Positions 50,438 through 60,580 are shown, numbered from the stretch's first letter. The stretch is DNA of 64,000 nt from Candidatus Multivorans sp. (GCA_965205095.1 OZ242040.1:640553-704552), one strand, 5' to 3'. Notes: generated by a model not told the origin, from the sequence alone. A program made the numbers and translations.

Positions 50438-52441
50438 CTACGCCGCGTCCTCGTCGATCACCACGAGCAGTTCGCCGTTCCCCACCTGCTCTCCCTCGCC
50501 GACGCGGAACTCCGAAACCGTTCCCGGCTCCGGCGCGGTCACGCGGTGCTCCATCTTCATCGCTTCCAGAACCAGAAGGAGTTGACCCGACTCGACCCGA
50601 TCCCCGACCGCGACGTGGGTCGAGATCACCTTGCCCGGCATCGGCGCGGTCAGACCGCCGGCGACGGCTTCCAGGCCGGCGACCGGGAAGCGCGGCAGTT
50701 CCCGCAGCTCGACGTCGCCCTGCGGACCGTGGACTAGCCAGCGATCGCCATCGGCCGTGACGGTTGAGCGGAACCTGCCGCCGTCGATCACGACTTCGAC
50801 ACCGTCCCCGGTCCGCCGCCGGAATTCGACCGTGTGCCCGCTCGGCTCGCCGTCACCCGCCACGGCACGCGTATCGAACCGGCCGTCGCGCTGGATCCGG
50901 TACTCGATCCGCAGCGCCTCGCCGGCGCCGGTCTCGAACTCGGCCCGCTCGTAGGGCATGACCGTGTTGCGCCAGCCGCTGACGATCGTCGGATGGATGC
51001 GGGCCGCCTGCCTGCGATCGTGCTGGGCGGCCATCGCCGCGCAGATCCCCGCGGCGACCGCCTCGTCGGCGGACGGCAGTCGCACGGGTTCGGGCGCCAC
51101 CCGTTCGATGAAGTCGGTCGTCGTGTCGCCGGCCAGATACTCGGGCGACCGCAGCGTCGCGACCAGGAAGTCGCGGTTGGTCCGAATGCCCTGCACTCGC
51201 GTCGTCTCCAGCACCCGGGCAAGCCGGAGCGCGGCCTCCCGCCGGTTCGGCGCGCCGACGATCACCTTGGCCAGCATAGGATCGAACTCGATGCCGACGT
51301 CGCTGCCGCTTTCGACGCCGGAGTCGAAGCGCGCGTTGATGCCAGGAGCCGGTTGCCACCGCTCCACGCGGCCGGTCTGGGGCAGGAAGTCGTTCGCCGG
51401 ATCCTCGGCATAGAGCCGGGCCTCGATCGCGTGGCCGGCGATCGCCAGGTCGTCCTGGTTGAAGCCCAGTTCCTCGCCCTGCGCGATCCGCAACTGCTCG
51501 CGGACCAGGTCGAGCCCCGTGATCTCCTCCGTCACCGGATGCTCGACCTGCAGCCGGGTATTCACTTCGAGGAACCAGAAGTCGGTCGGAGCTGAGCCGT
51601 CCGCCGGCTGTTCGACCAGGAACTCCACCGTCCCAGCCGAGCTGTAGTCGATCGCCTGGCCGGCAGCCACCGCGGCCGCGCCCATGCGGGCGCGGAGTTC
51701 CTCGCTTACGACCGGCGAGGGCGCCTCCTCGATGATCTTCTGGTGGCGGCGCTGGATCGAGCACTCGCGCTCGAAACAGTGGACGAGGTTGCCGTGCAGG
51801 TCGCCCAGGATCTGGATTTCGACGTGCCGCGAGGAGGCCAGCCAGCGCTCCAGGAACACGGTGCCGTCGCCGAACGCGGCCGCCGCCTCGCGGCGCGCGC
51901 CCTCGACCGCGTCGGCCAGTTCGCTCTCCGACTCGACCACCCGCATGCCGCGGCCGCCGCCACCGGCCGCCGCCTTGACCAGGGCCGGGAAGCCGACTTC
52001 CGCCGCCGCGGCGGCCAGGTCGGCGCCTTCGTCGAGTTCGACGGCCTCAAGCGTCGGCACCTTCGCCTCGCGCATCAGTGCCTTGGCCGAGAGCTTGTCG
52101 CCCATCGCCGCGATCGCCTCGGGGGACGGGCCGACCCAGACCAGGCCCGCGTCGGTCACGGCGCGCGCGAAGTCCGCGTTCTCGGACAGGAAGCCGTAGC
52201 CCGGATGCACCGCGTCGGCGCCGGTGCGCTCTGCCGCAGCCAGCACCTTCCCGGCGTCCAGGTAGGTCTCGACCGACGAGCGGCCGTCCAGCGCAACCCC
52301 TACGTCCGCCTCGGCCACGAAAGGCGCGTCCGCGTCGCCGTCGGCGTACACAGCGACCGTCGCGATCCCCATCTCGCGCGCCGAACGGAAGATCCGCCGC
52401 GCGATCTCACCGCGATTGGCGACCAGGAGCCGCGTGATCAT
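50438..52441 (-). CDS. Acyl-CoA carboxylase biotin carboxylase/biotin carrier subunit (AtuF/LiuD-like)
   Basis: LVANRGEIA, HPGYGFLSEN, GGGGRGM, CSIQRRHQK, EVNTRLQVEH, biotin site EAMKME. Confidence 0.95.
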   Translation of the reverse strand: MITRLLVANRGEIARRIFRSAREMGIATVAVYADGDADAPFVAEADVGVALDGRSSVETYLDAGKVLAAAERTGADAVHPGYGFLSENADFARAVTDAGLVWVGPSPEAIAAMGDKLSAKALMREAKVPTLEAVELDEGADLAAAAAEVGFPALVKAAAGGGGRGMRVVESESELADAVEGARREAAAAFGDGTVFLERWLASSRHVEIQILGDLHGNLVHCFERECSIQRRHQKIIEEAPSPVVSEELRARMGAAAVAAGQAIDYSSAGTVEFLVEQPADGSAPTDFWFLEVNTRLQVEHPVTEEITGLDLVREQLRIAQGEELGFNQDDLAIAGHAIEARLYAEDPANDFLPQTGRVERWQPAPGINARFDSGVESGSDVGIEFDPMLAKVIVGAPNRREAALRLARVLETTRVQGIRTNRDFLVATLRSPEYLAGDTTTDFIERVAPEPVRLPSADEAVAAGICAAMAAQHDRRQAARIHPTIVSGWRNTVMPYERAEFETGAGEALRIEYRIQRDGRFDTRAVAGDGEPSGHTVEFRRRTGDGVEVVIDGGRFRSTVTADGDRWLVHGPQGDVELRELPRFPVAGLEAVAGGLTAPMPGKVISTHVAVGDRVESGQLLLVLEAMKMEHRVTAPEPGTVSEFRVGEGEQVGNGELLVVIDEDAA

Positions 52442-52462
52442 GCCGACCTCACCGCACCGCCC

Positions 52463-54094
52463 TCACATCCTGAAGACGGCATAGCCCTTGGCCCCTTCGA
52501 CGGCCCGGCTGTGGCAAGCGGAAAGCGACAGGCCTAGCACCGTGCGTGTGTCGCGCGGGTCGATCATCCCGTCGTCAGAGACCCGGGAGGTCGCGTAGAG
52601 GCCCAGCGAGCGCTTCTCGGCCCAGTGGATGACGCCGGCGGCCCGCTTCCGGTCCGCCTCTTCGTCGAACGGGATTCCGCGCCGCTGCGCCGCCCGCCGG
52701 GTCACGATCGTCATCACGCCGGCCATCTGCTCCGGGCCCATCACCGCGATCTTCGCGGTCGGCCAGATGTAAGTGAACCGGGTGCCATAGGCGCGGCCGC
52801 TCATGCCGTAGTTGCCGGCCCCGTAAGACGCGCCGACGATCACCGAGAGATGCGGCACGGTCGAGTTCGCGACCGCGTTGATCATCTTCGAGCCGTTCTT
52901 CGTGATCCCGCCCTGCTCGTAGTCCGTGCCCACGATGTAGCCGGTGATGTTGTGCAGGAAGAGGAGCGGCACGTCGATCTGGTTGCAGAGCTGAATGAAC
53001 TGCGTCGCCTTCTCCGCCGACTCGGAGAAGAGCGCGCCGTTGTTGCCCAGGATGCCCACCGGGTAGCCGTGAATCGACGACCAGCCGCACACCAGGGTCG
53101 GCCCGTAGAGCGGTTTGAACTCCTCGAAGCGCGAACCGTCGACGACTCGGCCGATCACCTCGCGGATGTCGAGCGGCGAGCGCAGGTCGCGCGAGACGAG
53201 GCCGAGCAGTTCCTCGGGATCGAGCACAGGATCGTCGGGCGGCAGGCTCGGACCCGGGCCTTCCTTGCGCCAGTTCAGGTGGGCTATCACGTCGCGGCAA
53301 AGGCGAATCCCGTCCATCTCGTCCTGGGCCAGGTAGTCGCCCAGGCCCGAGACGCGGCAGTGCATGTCGGCGCCGCCGATGCTCTCCGGTTCCGCGTCCT
53401 CGCCGGTCGCCATCTTGACCAGGGGCGGACCGCCGAGCGAGACCATCGCCTGGTTCTTGACGAAGATGTTGTAGTCGCTCATCCCCGGCTGGTACGCCCC
53501 GCCCGCGGTCGAGGCGCCGAAGACGATCGACACGGTCGGAATCCGCATCTTCGAGAGCTCGGAGATCTCGTAGAAGAGGCGGCCGGACTCGGCGAAGTGG
53601 CCGAGCGTGCGCTTGGTCTGCGCGTCGGGATCGTCGCCGGTGTTGCCCCGCAGGTCGGCGCCCGCGGACTCCACGAACTGGACGTAGGGCAGCCGGTTGA
53701 CCCGCGCGATCTCCAGGCCGCGCATCAGCTTCTTCGAGTTGAACTCGTTGAAGGCGCCGGCCCGCACCGACGGGTCGTGGCCGAGGATCACGCACTCCGT
53801 GCCCGAGATCACGCCGACGCCGAGCACGAAGCCCGAGCCGACCGTGTAGTACGAGTTCCAGGCCGCGAGCGGCGAGATCTCGAGGAACGGGCTGTCACGG
53901 TCGAGGGCGTTCGCCACGCGCTCGCGCACCGGCAGCCTGCCGCGGCTCCGCAGGCGGTTCATCGCCTCCGGCCCACCGCCGCCGGACACCTGCTCGAGCA
54001 GGCCGTTTACCTGCTCGATCTGCTCCAGGATGTCGGCGCGGTTCTTCCTGAACTGCTCCGAGCTACTGTTGACGCTGGATCTCAGGACCTGCAT
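52463..54094 (-). CDS. Acyl-CoA carboxylase carboxyltransferase subunit (AtuC/LiuB-like)
   Basis: ESAGADL, STAGGAY, GPPLVKMATGE, GASYGAGNYGMSGR, DDGMIDPRDTR. Confidence 0.95.
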   Translation of the reverse strand: MQVLRSSVNSSSEQFRKNRADILEQIEQVNGLLEQVSGGGGPEAMNRLRSRGRLPVRERVANALDRDSPFLEISPLAAWNSYYTVGSGFVLGVGVISGTECVILGHDPSVRAGAFNEFNSKKLMRGLEIARVNRLPYVQFVESAGADLRGNTGDDPDAQTKRTLGHFAESGRLFYEISELSKMRIPTVSIVFGASTAGGAYQPGMSDYNIFVKNQAMVSLGGPPLVKMATGEDAEPESIGGADMHCRVSGLGDYLAQDEMDGIRLCRDVIAHLNWRKEGPGPSLPPDDPVLDPEELLGLVSRDLRSPLDIREVIGRVVDGSRFEEFKPLYGPTLVCGWSSIHGYPVGILGNNGALFSESAEKATQFIQLCNQIDVPLLFLHNITGYIVGTDYEQGGITKNGSKMINAVANSTVPHLSVIVGASYGAGNYGMSGRAYGTRFTYIWPTAKIAVMGPEQMAGVMTIVTRRAAQRRGIPFDEEADRKRAAGVIHWAEKRSLGLYATSRVSDDGMIDPRDTRTVLGLSLSACHSRAVEGAKGYAVFRM

Positions 54095-54260
54095 TGGCCG
54101 GATCGCCTCGCTTTGCCCGTTCTAACGTCGACGTTGGATCTGAGAGCCTGCATGCGAAAACCGCTTCGCTAGTCGCGCAGCGGCGAAGAGAAGTCCCTGT
54201 TGCGAGCGGCGATCATGTCAGATCGGATCCGCTTCGTGTAGCCGCCGCACCCACGCCGAC

Positions 54261-55862
54261 TCAGGCCGCGCTGTAGGCCCCCTTGCGCCACTCGTCCACC
54301 AGCACGAACTTCTGGATCTTGCCGGACGGCGTCAGCGGGAACTCATCCACGCGGTACCAGGCCTTGGGGGTCTTCTGCGGCGACAGGTTCTCGCGGCAGT
54401 AGGTGTGGAGTTCCGCGTCCGAAACCGGGTCGGCCGGGTCCGCGTCGCGAACGAAGGCGCCGACGATCTCGCCCCAGCGCTCGTCCGGCAGGCCGACGAC
54501 CGCCACATCCGCGACCTGGGGATGCTCGAACAGCAGCTCCTCGATCTCCCGCGGGTAGATGTTCTCGCCGCCCCGGATGATCATGTCCCTCAGCCGGCCG
54601 GTGATCGTCGTGTAGCCGCGGTCGTCCATCGTCACCAGGTCGCCGGTGTGCAGCCAGCCGTTCTCGTCGATCGTCTCGGCCGTCCTGTCCGGCATCTCGA
54701 AGTAGCCGAGCATCACGAGATACCCCCGGCAGCAGAGTTCGCCGGCCTCGCCGATCGGCACGGTGGCGCCGGTCTCGGGGTCGATCACCTTCATCTCCGT
54801 CTGCGGCAGCACCGGCCCGAGCGTGTTCGCCTTGTCCTCCTCGCTGTCGTCCGGCTTCATCAGCGTCACGCCCGGCGACGCCTCGGTCTGGCCGTAGATG
54901 ATCGAGAACTGCACCCCGAGCGTGCTCTCGATCCGGCGCACCAGGTCGGCCGGCACGGTCGCGCCACCCGAACAGACGGTGTGGACGGACGACAGGTCGC
55001 GGCGGGCGAAGTCGGGGTGCTCCATCACGGCGATCAGCATCGTCGGCACGCCGAGCAGGTGCGTCGCGCGCAGCTCTTCGATCAGCGCCAGCATGAGCCC
55101 CGGCTCGAACATGACCAGGTTGACCAGGGTCGCCTGGTGCTGGCAGGGACCGAGGACGCCCAGCACGCAACCGCCCGTGTGGAACAGGGGCATCGGGTTG
55201 ACGTAGGCGTCGCCGGGCGTGACACCGAGGCGCTCGGCGGTGAAACGGGCGTTGTTCGTGATCCCGCGGTGGTGGAGGTAGGCGCCCTTGGGGAAACCGG
55301 TGGTGCCCGAGGTGTACTGGATCTGGACCGGGTCGTCCGGGCTCACATCGGGAAGCTCGACGTCGTCGAGGGCGGAGGCGACGAACTCCTCGAAGTCGTC
55401 GAACGGGATGATCTCGCGCAGTTCGGGCAGGCCGTCCGCCACCTGCTTGAGCGACTCCTCCATCGGGTTGCCGCGGAACGAGCGCAGGTAGAAGATGCCG
55501 GACGACCGCGACTGCCGCAGCACGTACTCGAGTTCCTTCGGCTGGTACGCCGGGTTGACCGTCACCAGGACCACGCCGGCGAGTCCCGCCCCGTACTCGA
55601 GCAGCACCCACTCCGGGATGTTCGGCGCCCAGACCGCGACCCGCTCGCCCTTCTCGAAGCGCGCCGCCAGCGCTCGCGCCACGCGCTCCGCGTCGGCCAG
55701 AAGTTCGGCGTAGGTCCAGGTTCGCCTCTCGCCGGGAACGCCCTCGATCAGCGCCACTGTGTCCGGGGCCTCGGCCGCGGCGTCGCGCAGGATGCCGCCG
55801 ACCGTCGTCTCGAGGACGGGTGAACTCGTGTCGGCGGGAACGTAGCTCTCGGTCAGCGGCAT
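54261..55862 (-). CDS. AMP-binding acyl-CoA synthetase
   Basis: YTSGTTGFPKG, YGQTE, WLHTGD, GGENIYPREIE, PSGKIQK. Confidence 0.95.
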   Translation of the reverse strand: MPLTESYVPADTSSPVLETTVGGILRDAAAEAPDTVALIEGVPGERRTWTYAELLADAERVARALAARFEKGERVAVWAPNIPEWVLLEYGAGLAGVVLVTVNPAYQPKELEYVLRQSRSSGIFYLRSFRGNPMEESLKQVADGLPELREIIPFDDFEEFVASALDDVELPDVSPDDPVQIQYTSGTTGFPKGAYLHHRGITNNARFTAERLGVTPGDAYVNPMPLFHTGGCVLGVLGPCQHQATLVNLVMFEPGLMLALIEELRATHLLGVPTMLIAVMEHPDFARRDLSSVHTVCSGGATVPADLVRRIESTLGVQFSIIYGQTEASPGVTLMKPDDSEEDKANTLGPVLPQTEMKVIDPETGATVPIGEAGELCCRGYLVMLGYFEMPDRTAETIDENGWLHTGDLVTMDDRGYTTITGRLRDMIIRGGENIYPREIEELLFEHPQVADVAVVGLPDERWGEIVGAFVRDADPADPVSDAELHTYCRENLSPQKTPKAWYRVDEFPLTPSGKIQKFVLVDEWRKGAYSAA

Positions 55863-55939
55863 CTTGGTTCTCCTATGGGCGGCTGAACGCCGAATCGTAG
55901 CCGGTCGTGGGTGCGTCGGCGGGTCGAAATCGCACCTGG

Positions 55940-55953
55940 TCTGACTAGTCAGA
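55940..55953. promoter_or_regulatory. Palindromic operator upstream of the toxin-antitoxin operon
   Basis: Perfect 14-bp palindrome TCTGACTAGTCAGA, 12 nt before the antitoxin start. Confidence 0.6.
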
Positions 55954-55965
55954 TAGAGTCAGCCC

Positions 55966-56241
55966 ATGACGATGACCTATTCGACCTACGAAGCGAAGGC
56001 GCGCTTCTCGGAAGTTCTCCGGCACGTCCGGCAGGGGAAGACGATCACGATCTCCTATCGAGGGAAACCGGCTGCCGAGATTCGGCCCATCAAACCGAAG
56101 AAGCAGACGCTCGAGGAGCGCATGGAGGATCTTGAGCGTCGCGGGATTCTCGTGCCCGCAAAGACACCGGGGAAGCCCTTCCCCATACTCGCGAGACGTC
56201 CAGGCGCTCTTGAGCGCTTCCTCGCCGAGCGGAACGAGTGA
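55966..56241 (+). CDS. Phd/YefM family antitoxin
   Basis: YEAKARFSEVL..V..G..ITISYRGKPAAEI.P. Confidence 0.9.
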   Translation: MTMTYSTYEAKARFSEVLRHVRQGKTITISYRGKPAAEIRPIKPKKQTLEERMEDLERRGILVPAKTPGKPFPILARRPGALERFLAERNE

Positions 56242-56618
56242 CGCTCGCCTACTTCGACACCTCCGCTCTACTCGCCATCGCCTTCCGCGAACCGGGATGC
56301 CGCGAACTGCAAGAGCGGTTGCGCACATCCCCGCGCGCGGTTTCGTCCAACCTGCTGGAAGCGGAACTGCGTTCGGGACTTGCTCGCGAAGGGATGGACT
56401 TCAAAGCGGACTTCCTGGAAGGCATCGGCTGGATCCTGCCGTACCGCTCCCTGACGCCAGAGATCGACAAGGCACTCTCCGCGGGCTACCTGAGGGGCGC
56501 CGATCTCTGGCATGTGGCGACTGCTCTCTACGCGTCGCGAGTTCCAGAGGAAGCGACCTTCGTCACCAGGGACAGGCGGCAAGGCTCAGTTGCCCAAGCA
56601 CTCGGCTTCAGAGTTTGA
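56238..56618 (+). CDS. vapC: VapC family PIN-domain toxin
   Basis: YFDTSAL, EAE, LRGADLWHVATA, FVTRD; GTGA overlap with the antitoxin. Confidence 0.9.
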   Translation: MTLAYFDTSALLAIAFREPGCRELQERLRTSPRAVSSNLLEAELRSGLAREGMDFKADFLEGIGWILPYRSLTPEIDKALSAGYLRGADLWHVATALYASRVPEEATFVTRDRRQGSVAQALGFRV

Positions 56619-56670
56619 GTCCCATCGCCAGACGGAGGGTGCGCGCCTGCGCTTGCTACCCTCCGCGCCC

Positions 56671-57660
56671 ATGACCAACCAAGTCGCCGAGAAAGTCCTC
56701 GACTCGCTCTACCGGGTCGTCGTGCCGTTGCCGCGGAATCCGCTCAAGGAAGTGAACTGCTATGTCCTCGCCGAGGACGACCGCTGGCTCGTCATCGACA
56801 CGGGCATGAACCGTCCCGAGTGCCGCGACGTGCTGACCGCTGGGCTCGACGAGATCGGCGTCGACCTGGAGAAGACGGACTTCCTGGCGACCCACCTGCA
56901 CGCGGATCACCACGGCCTGATCCCCGACCTCCTGCGGCCCGGCCGCACCGCGTCCATGGGCGCCATCGACGCGGCGGCGATGGGCCGGGCCCACGGCGGC
57001 TGGTCCGAGGACAGCCCGATGGGCGTGTACCTCAGGCGCAGCGGCTTCCCGCCCGAGGAACTGGCCGAGTCCTTCAAGCGCCACCCCGGCGCCCGCTTCA
57101 GCGGCCAGAGGATCGAGTACGCGCCGCTTCACGAAGGCGACGTGATCGAGATCGCCGGCTACCGCCTCGAAGTCATCGACACGCCCGGCCACACCTTCGG
57201 CCACATCTCGCTCTACGACCGGGCCAAACGCCTGTTCATCGCCGGCGACCACATCCTGGGCGACATCACGCCCAACATCCAGGCCTGGGCCGACGACCAC
57301 GACCCCCTGGGCCTCTACCTCGACAGCATCGCCAAGGTCGAGGCGCTCGACGTCGACCTCTGCCTGCCCGGGCACCGGAGTCTCATCCACGACTTCAAGG
57401 GCCGCTGCCGCGAACTCCGTGAGCACCACGAAGTCCGCGGCCAGGAGGTCGTCGACATCCTGCGCGAGAACGGCGGCCGCAACGCCTACGAGACCGCGGC
57501 ATTGATGACCTGGGACATCCGGGCCAAGTCCTGGGAGGACTTCCCGATCATGCAGCGCTGGTTCGCGACCGGCGAGGCGATCGCGCACCTGCGGTGGCTC
57601 GAGGACCTGGGAGAACTGCAGCGGGAGGACGCGGGCGAGCGGATTCTGTACAGCGCCTGA
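56671..57660 (+). CDS. MBL-fold metallo-hydrolase with C-terminal wHTH
   Basis: IDTG, THLHADHHG, TPGHT, AGDH, LPGH, GEAIAHL. Confidence 0.9.
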   Translation: MTNQVAEKVLDSLYRVVVPLPRNPLKEVNCYVLAEDDRWLVIDTGMNRPECRDVLTAGLDEIGVDLEKTDFLATHLHADHHGLIPDLLRPGRTASMGAIDAAAMGRAHGGWSEDSPMGVYLRRSGFPPEELAESFKRHPGARFSGQRIEYAPLHEGDVIEIAGYRLEVIDTPGHTFGHISLYDRAKRLFIAGDHILGDITPNIQAWADDHDPLGLYLDSIAKVEALDVDLCLPGHRSLIHDFKGRCRELREHHEVRGQEVVDILRENGGRNAYETAALMTWDIRAKSWEDFPIMQRWFATGEAIAHLRWLEDLGELQREDAGERILYSA

Positions 57661-57762
57661 ACGACGGCGCTACCTCCGCAGACTCACGCACGCCCGCGAC
57701 CTCCGCCTTGTGGCTACATCTGTCCGACTGGACGAACGGCGAAGAAACAGAAGGAGACTCGG

Positions 57763-58866
57763 ATGCCAGACGAACTGAGGCTGTGGGCGATCAGCGACGC
57801 ACCCGGAGAGGCTGTCCAAATCACAGCTACGAGTCAGACTGACGAGACTGAGAAGATGCTCGAAGACGTATTCGTGGAGCATCCGGGGATGTTGCTGCCC
57901 GAGCTCCAGCTCGTAGGTCGCCAAACACTCACCCGAGTCGGCTACCCGGATCTTCTAGGCGTGGACGGTGAGGGCAGGCTCGTCGTCTTCGAACTGAAGC
58001 GACGAAAGCTCACGCGTGAGGCCGTATCCCAGTTGCTCAGCTACGGCTCACACCTCGAGTCGCTGAGTGACAAGGACTTGGTCGCCCTCATCGAGCGCGG
58101 CTCCGGCAGCAACGGAATCACGCCTATCCCGGACTTTGAGGACTGGTACAGCGACCGTATCGGCCGTCCGCGAGACAACCTGCGACCGCTGAGAATGGTC
58201 CTCGTTGGCCTGGGAGCGGACGAGGAGGCGAGGCGGATCGTCGAGTTCTTGCGAGGATATGGCGTACAGATCGATCTCCTCACGTTCCACGGCTTCAGCC
58301 ACGGCGGAGAAACGCTTCTGGCTGTGCATGATGACAGCGCGTCGCTTGACGATGAGAGCCCCCGAGCCGCTCGGTCCCGGCCAACTGAGAGTCAACCGGA
58401 GTTGTTGCGTTCCTTGCAAGAGCGCGCAAAGGAGAACGGTGTCGCCGAGGTCTGGAAAGAAGCATACCAAGAAATGCGGACACACAGCGATGCCCACTAC
58501 GCCAAGAAGAATGGGATTACATTCACAATGTACCAACCAAACCTGGACCTCGGGGGACCGTTCAACGCTCGTGCTCCCTTCTCTCTGACCTTGGAGCCAG
58601 ACGGCAAGATCCGTGTGACCTTCTTTCCGGCGACCGTCCACCTCTGCCACAACGAACTGAACGACGCCGATCAGGAGTTTGCTTTCGAGCAACGTCCGCC
58701 TAGCAGCGCTCCAACCACGGACAGAGTTGGTGAGGAGTGGTCCACAGTCCTTGACAAAGACAAATGGCGACGCAAACGACACGGCCTGTCATCCCTCTGC
58801 GGGAAGGTGGCAGAGGCATGGAAGGCTACCCGGGAACGCGCGACACACCCGTCCCAAACGGAGTAG
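57763..58866 (+). CDS. NucS/EndoMS C-terminal-like PD-(D/E)xK nuclease domain protein
   Basis: EKMLED, LVGRQ, PDLLGVD..G.LVVFELKR, AVSQLLSY; codon usage looks less GC-biased than the flanks. Confidence 0.75.
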   Translation: MPDELRLWAISDAPGEAVQITATSQTDETEKMLEDVFVEHPGMLLPELQLVGRQTLTRVGYPDLLGVDGEGRLVVFELKRRKLTREAVSQLLSYGSHLESLSDKDLVALIERGSGSNGITPIPDFEDWYSDRIGRPRDNLRPLRMVLVGLGADEEARRIVEFLRGYGVQIDLLTFHGFSHGGETLLAVHDDSASLDDESPRAARSRPTESQPELLRSLQERAKENGVAEVWKEAYQEMRTHSDAHYAKKNGITFTMYQPNLDLGGPFNARAPFSLTLEPDGKIRVTFFPATVHLCHNELNDADQEFAFEQRPPSSAPTTDRVGEEWSTVLDKDKWRRKRHGLSSLCGKVAEAWKATRERATHPSQTE

Positions 58867-58896
58867 TCGGACGGACTCGCAGGGCCGGTACCGCGG

Positions 58897-59472
58897 CTAT
58901 CCGAGGATGAAGGCGAGACCGGCGTTGGCTTCGTCAACGTCGAACTCGTCTGGATCGAAGTCCTCGCCCATCCACTCCTTGATCTCTTTGTGTTCCGGGT
59001 GATCCGGATCACGCAGAATCTCCAGCTTGTCGTAGTAACCCCAGACCCCTCCGCAGTCCTCTGGGGGACAGTTCCTCCTGCCGCCGGTGCACGCCGGTAG
59101 AGAGACCGATGGGTCGTATGGGAGGATCTTCTGCAGCGTGATCCGGTGCTCCCACCCGTCGCCGAAATCGTACTCGTACCTGATCCAGTCCCTCTCGCGC
59201 TTGAGGAGTTGACCGACTTGGACCTTTCCCTCAGCGAGAGTCTTCGGTGCCCCGGGCAGCGTCCAGTCGTCACCCCAAGGGTTCGGGACAGCGTAGGTCT
59301 GCCTGCCGTCGACGAACATGTGGAGGTGTTCGTCAAGCCATCCCATCGACTCCTGAATGACCCTGTGCAGGCGGTCGAGAGGAAGGGAAGGCGGCACCAG
59401 CACCCGCCGCCAGATGGGAGGCTTCGTGCCCTTCAGGACGATCCTGAGTTGGTAAGTGACGCGCCGAGGCAT
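58897..59472 (-). CDS. Plasmid pRiA4b ORF-3 family protein
   Basis: PPIWRR, LHRVIQ..MGW...HLH.F, YEYDFGDGWEH, PPEDCGG. Confidence 0.92.
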   Translation of the reverse strand: MPRRVTYQLRIVLKGTKPPIWRRVLVPPSLPLDRLHRVIQESMGWLDEHLHMFVDGRQTYAVPNPWGDDWTLPGAPKTLAEGKVQVGQLLKRERDWIRYEYDFGDGWEHRITLQKILPYDPSVSLPACTGGRRNCPPEDCGGVWGYYDKLEILRDPDHPEHKEIKEWMGEDFDPDEFDVDEANAGLAFILG

Positions 59473-59783
59473 GTCGCGGCCCGGATGATCTCAGAGCCCC
59501 AGCTGCGGCGCAAGGGTCGCCTGCCGCTCCGACCAGAGCGTGAAACTCTGCCTGTTGCGCCCTCATGAACCCGAAGACCCCTTCGATTCCGTCTCCCGAG
59601 CGAACCAGGCCGTTGCTTTGCCAGTATCTCCCGCTCTTCCCACAGCCGACGATCGTCGCGACGCAGGCGGCAGAGGTCTTCGCGCTCCGCTGTGGTCAGG
59701 TCGTCAGCGCGGCAACCGCGTCAGGCTCAGTTGGTACGCTGGGACCGCAGATCGGGCCGGCCAGCCGACCGAACAGCAGGGTC

Positions 59784-60185
59784 ATGAGAGTCTTCCTCAG
59801 CTACTCCCACGTCGATGCCCCTCTCGCAGCCAAGGTCTCCGAGGCACTTGAAGAGAGAGGCCTCGAAGTATGGAACGCGGAGCGGGAACTCCTGCCCGGA
59901 GACAACTGGGCCGCGGAAGTTGCCCGAGCCCTGGAAGAGTCCGAAGCGATGGTCGTGCTGCTGACGCCCGACGCGGCCAACTCGCCCTACGTAAGGCGCG
60001 ACATGCTCTACGCACTCGGCGCGAAGAACTACAGCCACCGACTGATACCCGTCGTCGTGGGCGACCGCGAGCGGCTTCCCGAGCAGCAGATTCCGTGGAT
60101 GGTGAGGCGGCTCCCCTGGTTTGAACTCGACAGCCAGCATGCTGAAGTCCAGCCGATCGCCGACGCGATCCGCAGTCAGGCCTGA
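59784..60185 (+). CDS. Stand-alone TIR domain protein (TIR_2)
   Basis: MRVFLSYSH.D, L...GLEVW, PGDNW, VVLLTP..ANSPYV, LIPVV. Confidence 0.85.
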   Translation: MRVFLSYSHVDAPLAAKVSEALEERGLEVWNAERELLPGDNWAAEVARALEESEAMVVLLTPDAANSPYVRRDMLYALGAKNYSHRLIPVVVGDRERLPEQQIPWMVRRLPWFELDSQHAEVQPIADAIRSQA

Positions 60186-60249
60186 CGTCCAAGGCGCTCT
60201 CTGCCGCCGCAAGCGTGCCGAAGGAAGTCTACCTTCGGACGGCGTAAGC

Positions 60250-60580
60250 CTACCGGCAGCCGGCATCGACTTCGATCATCAGCCGACAATGGTCACTCGG
60301 GCCGAACTCCCCGATACCGTTCATTGCTCTCGCCTGCACCCTCCGATGAAAGCCCCGGAACGCGAACACATAGTCCAACTGCGAGACGGCGGTTTCCGGT
60401 GACTGTGTTCAGCGCCACATGCTCGAGCTGGAAGCCGGGCTGCTCCGCAACGGACCGAGGCGGTTCCTTCCCGGCTTCCTGAACCAGCGCCAAGTCGGTT
60501 TCTCCCTTCAAGGCCATCTCGGCAAGTACGCACCAAGCCTCTCTTCTCTTGGCGATGTTCGAACTGACTACCTTGATCAT
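60250..60580 (-). pseudogene. Internally deleted, frameshifted endonuclease/exonuclease/phosphatase (EEP) gene
   Basis: N-terminal MIKVVSSNIA..DLALVQEA in one frame; C-terminal QLDYVFA...GPSDHC in another; 331 bp in total. Confidence 0.75.

Noticed and set aside
59784-60185. Complete Thoeris system
   Set aside because: No ThsA-type (SIR2-SLOG or Macro-TM) effector is adjacent.
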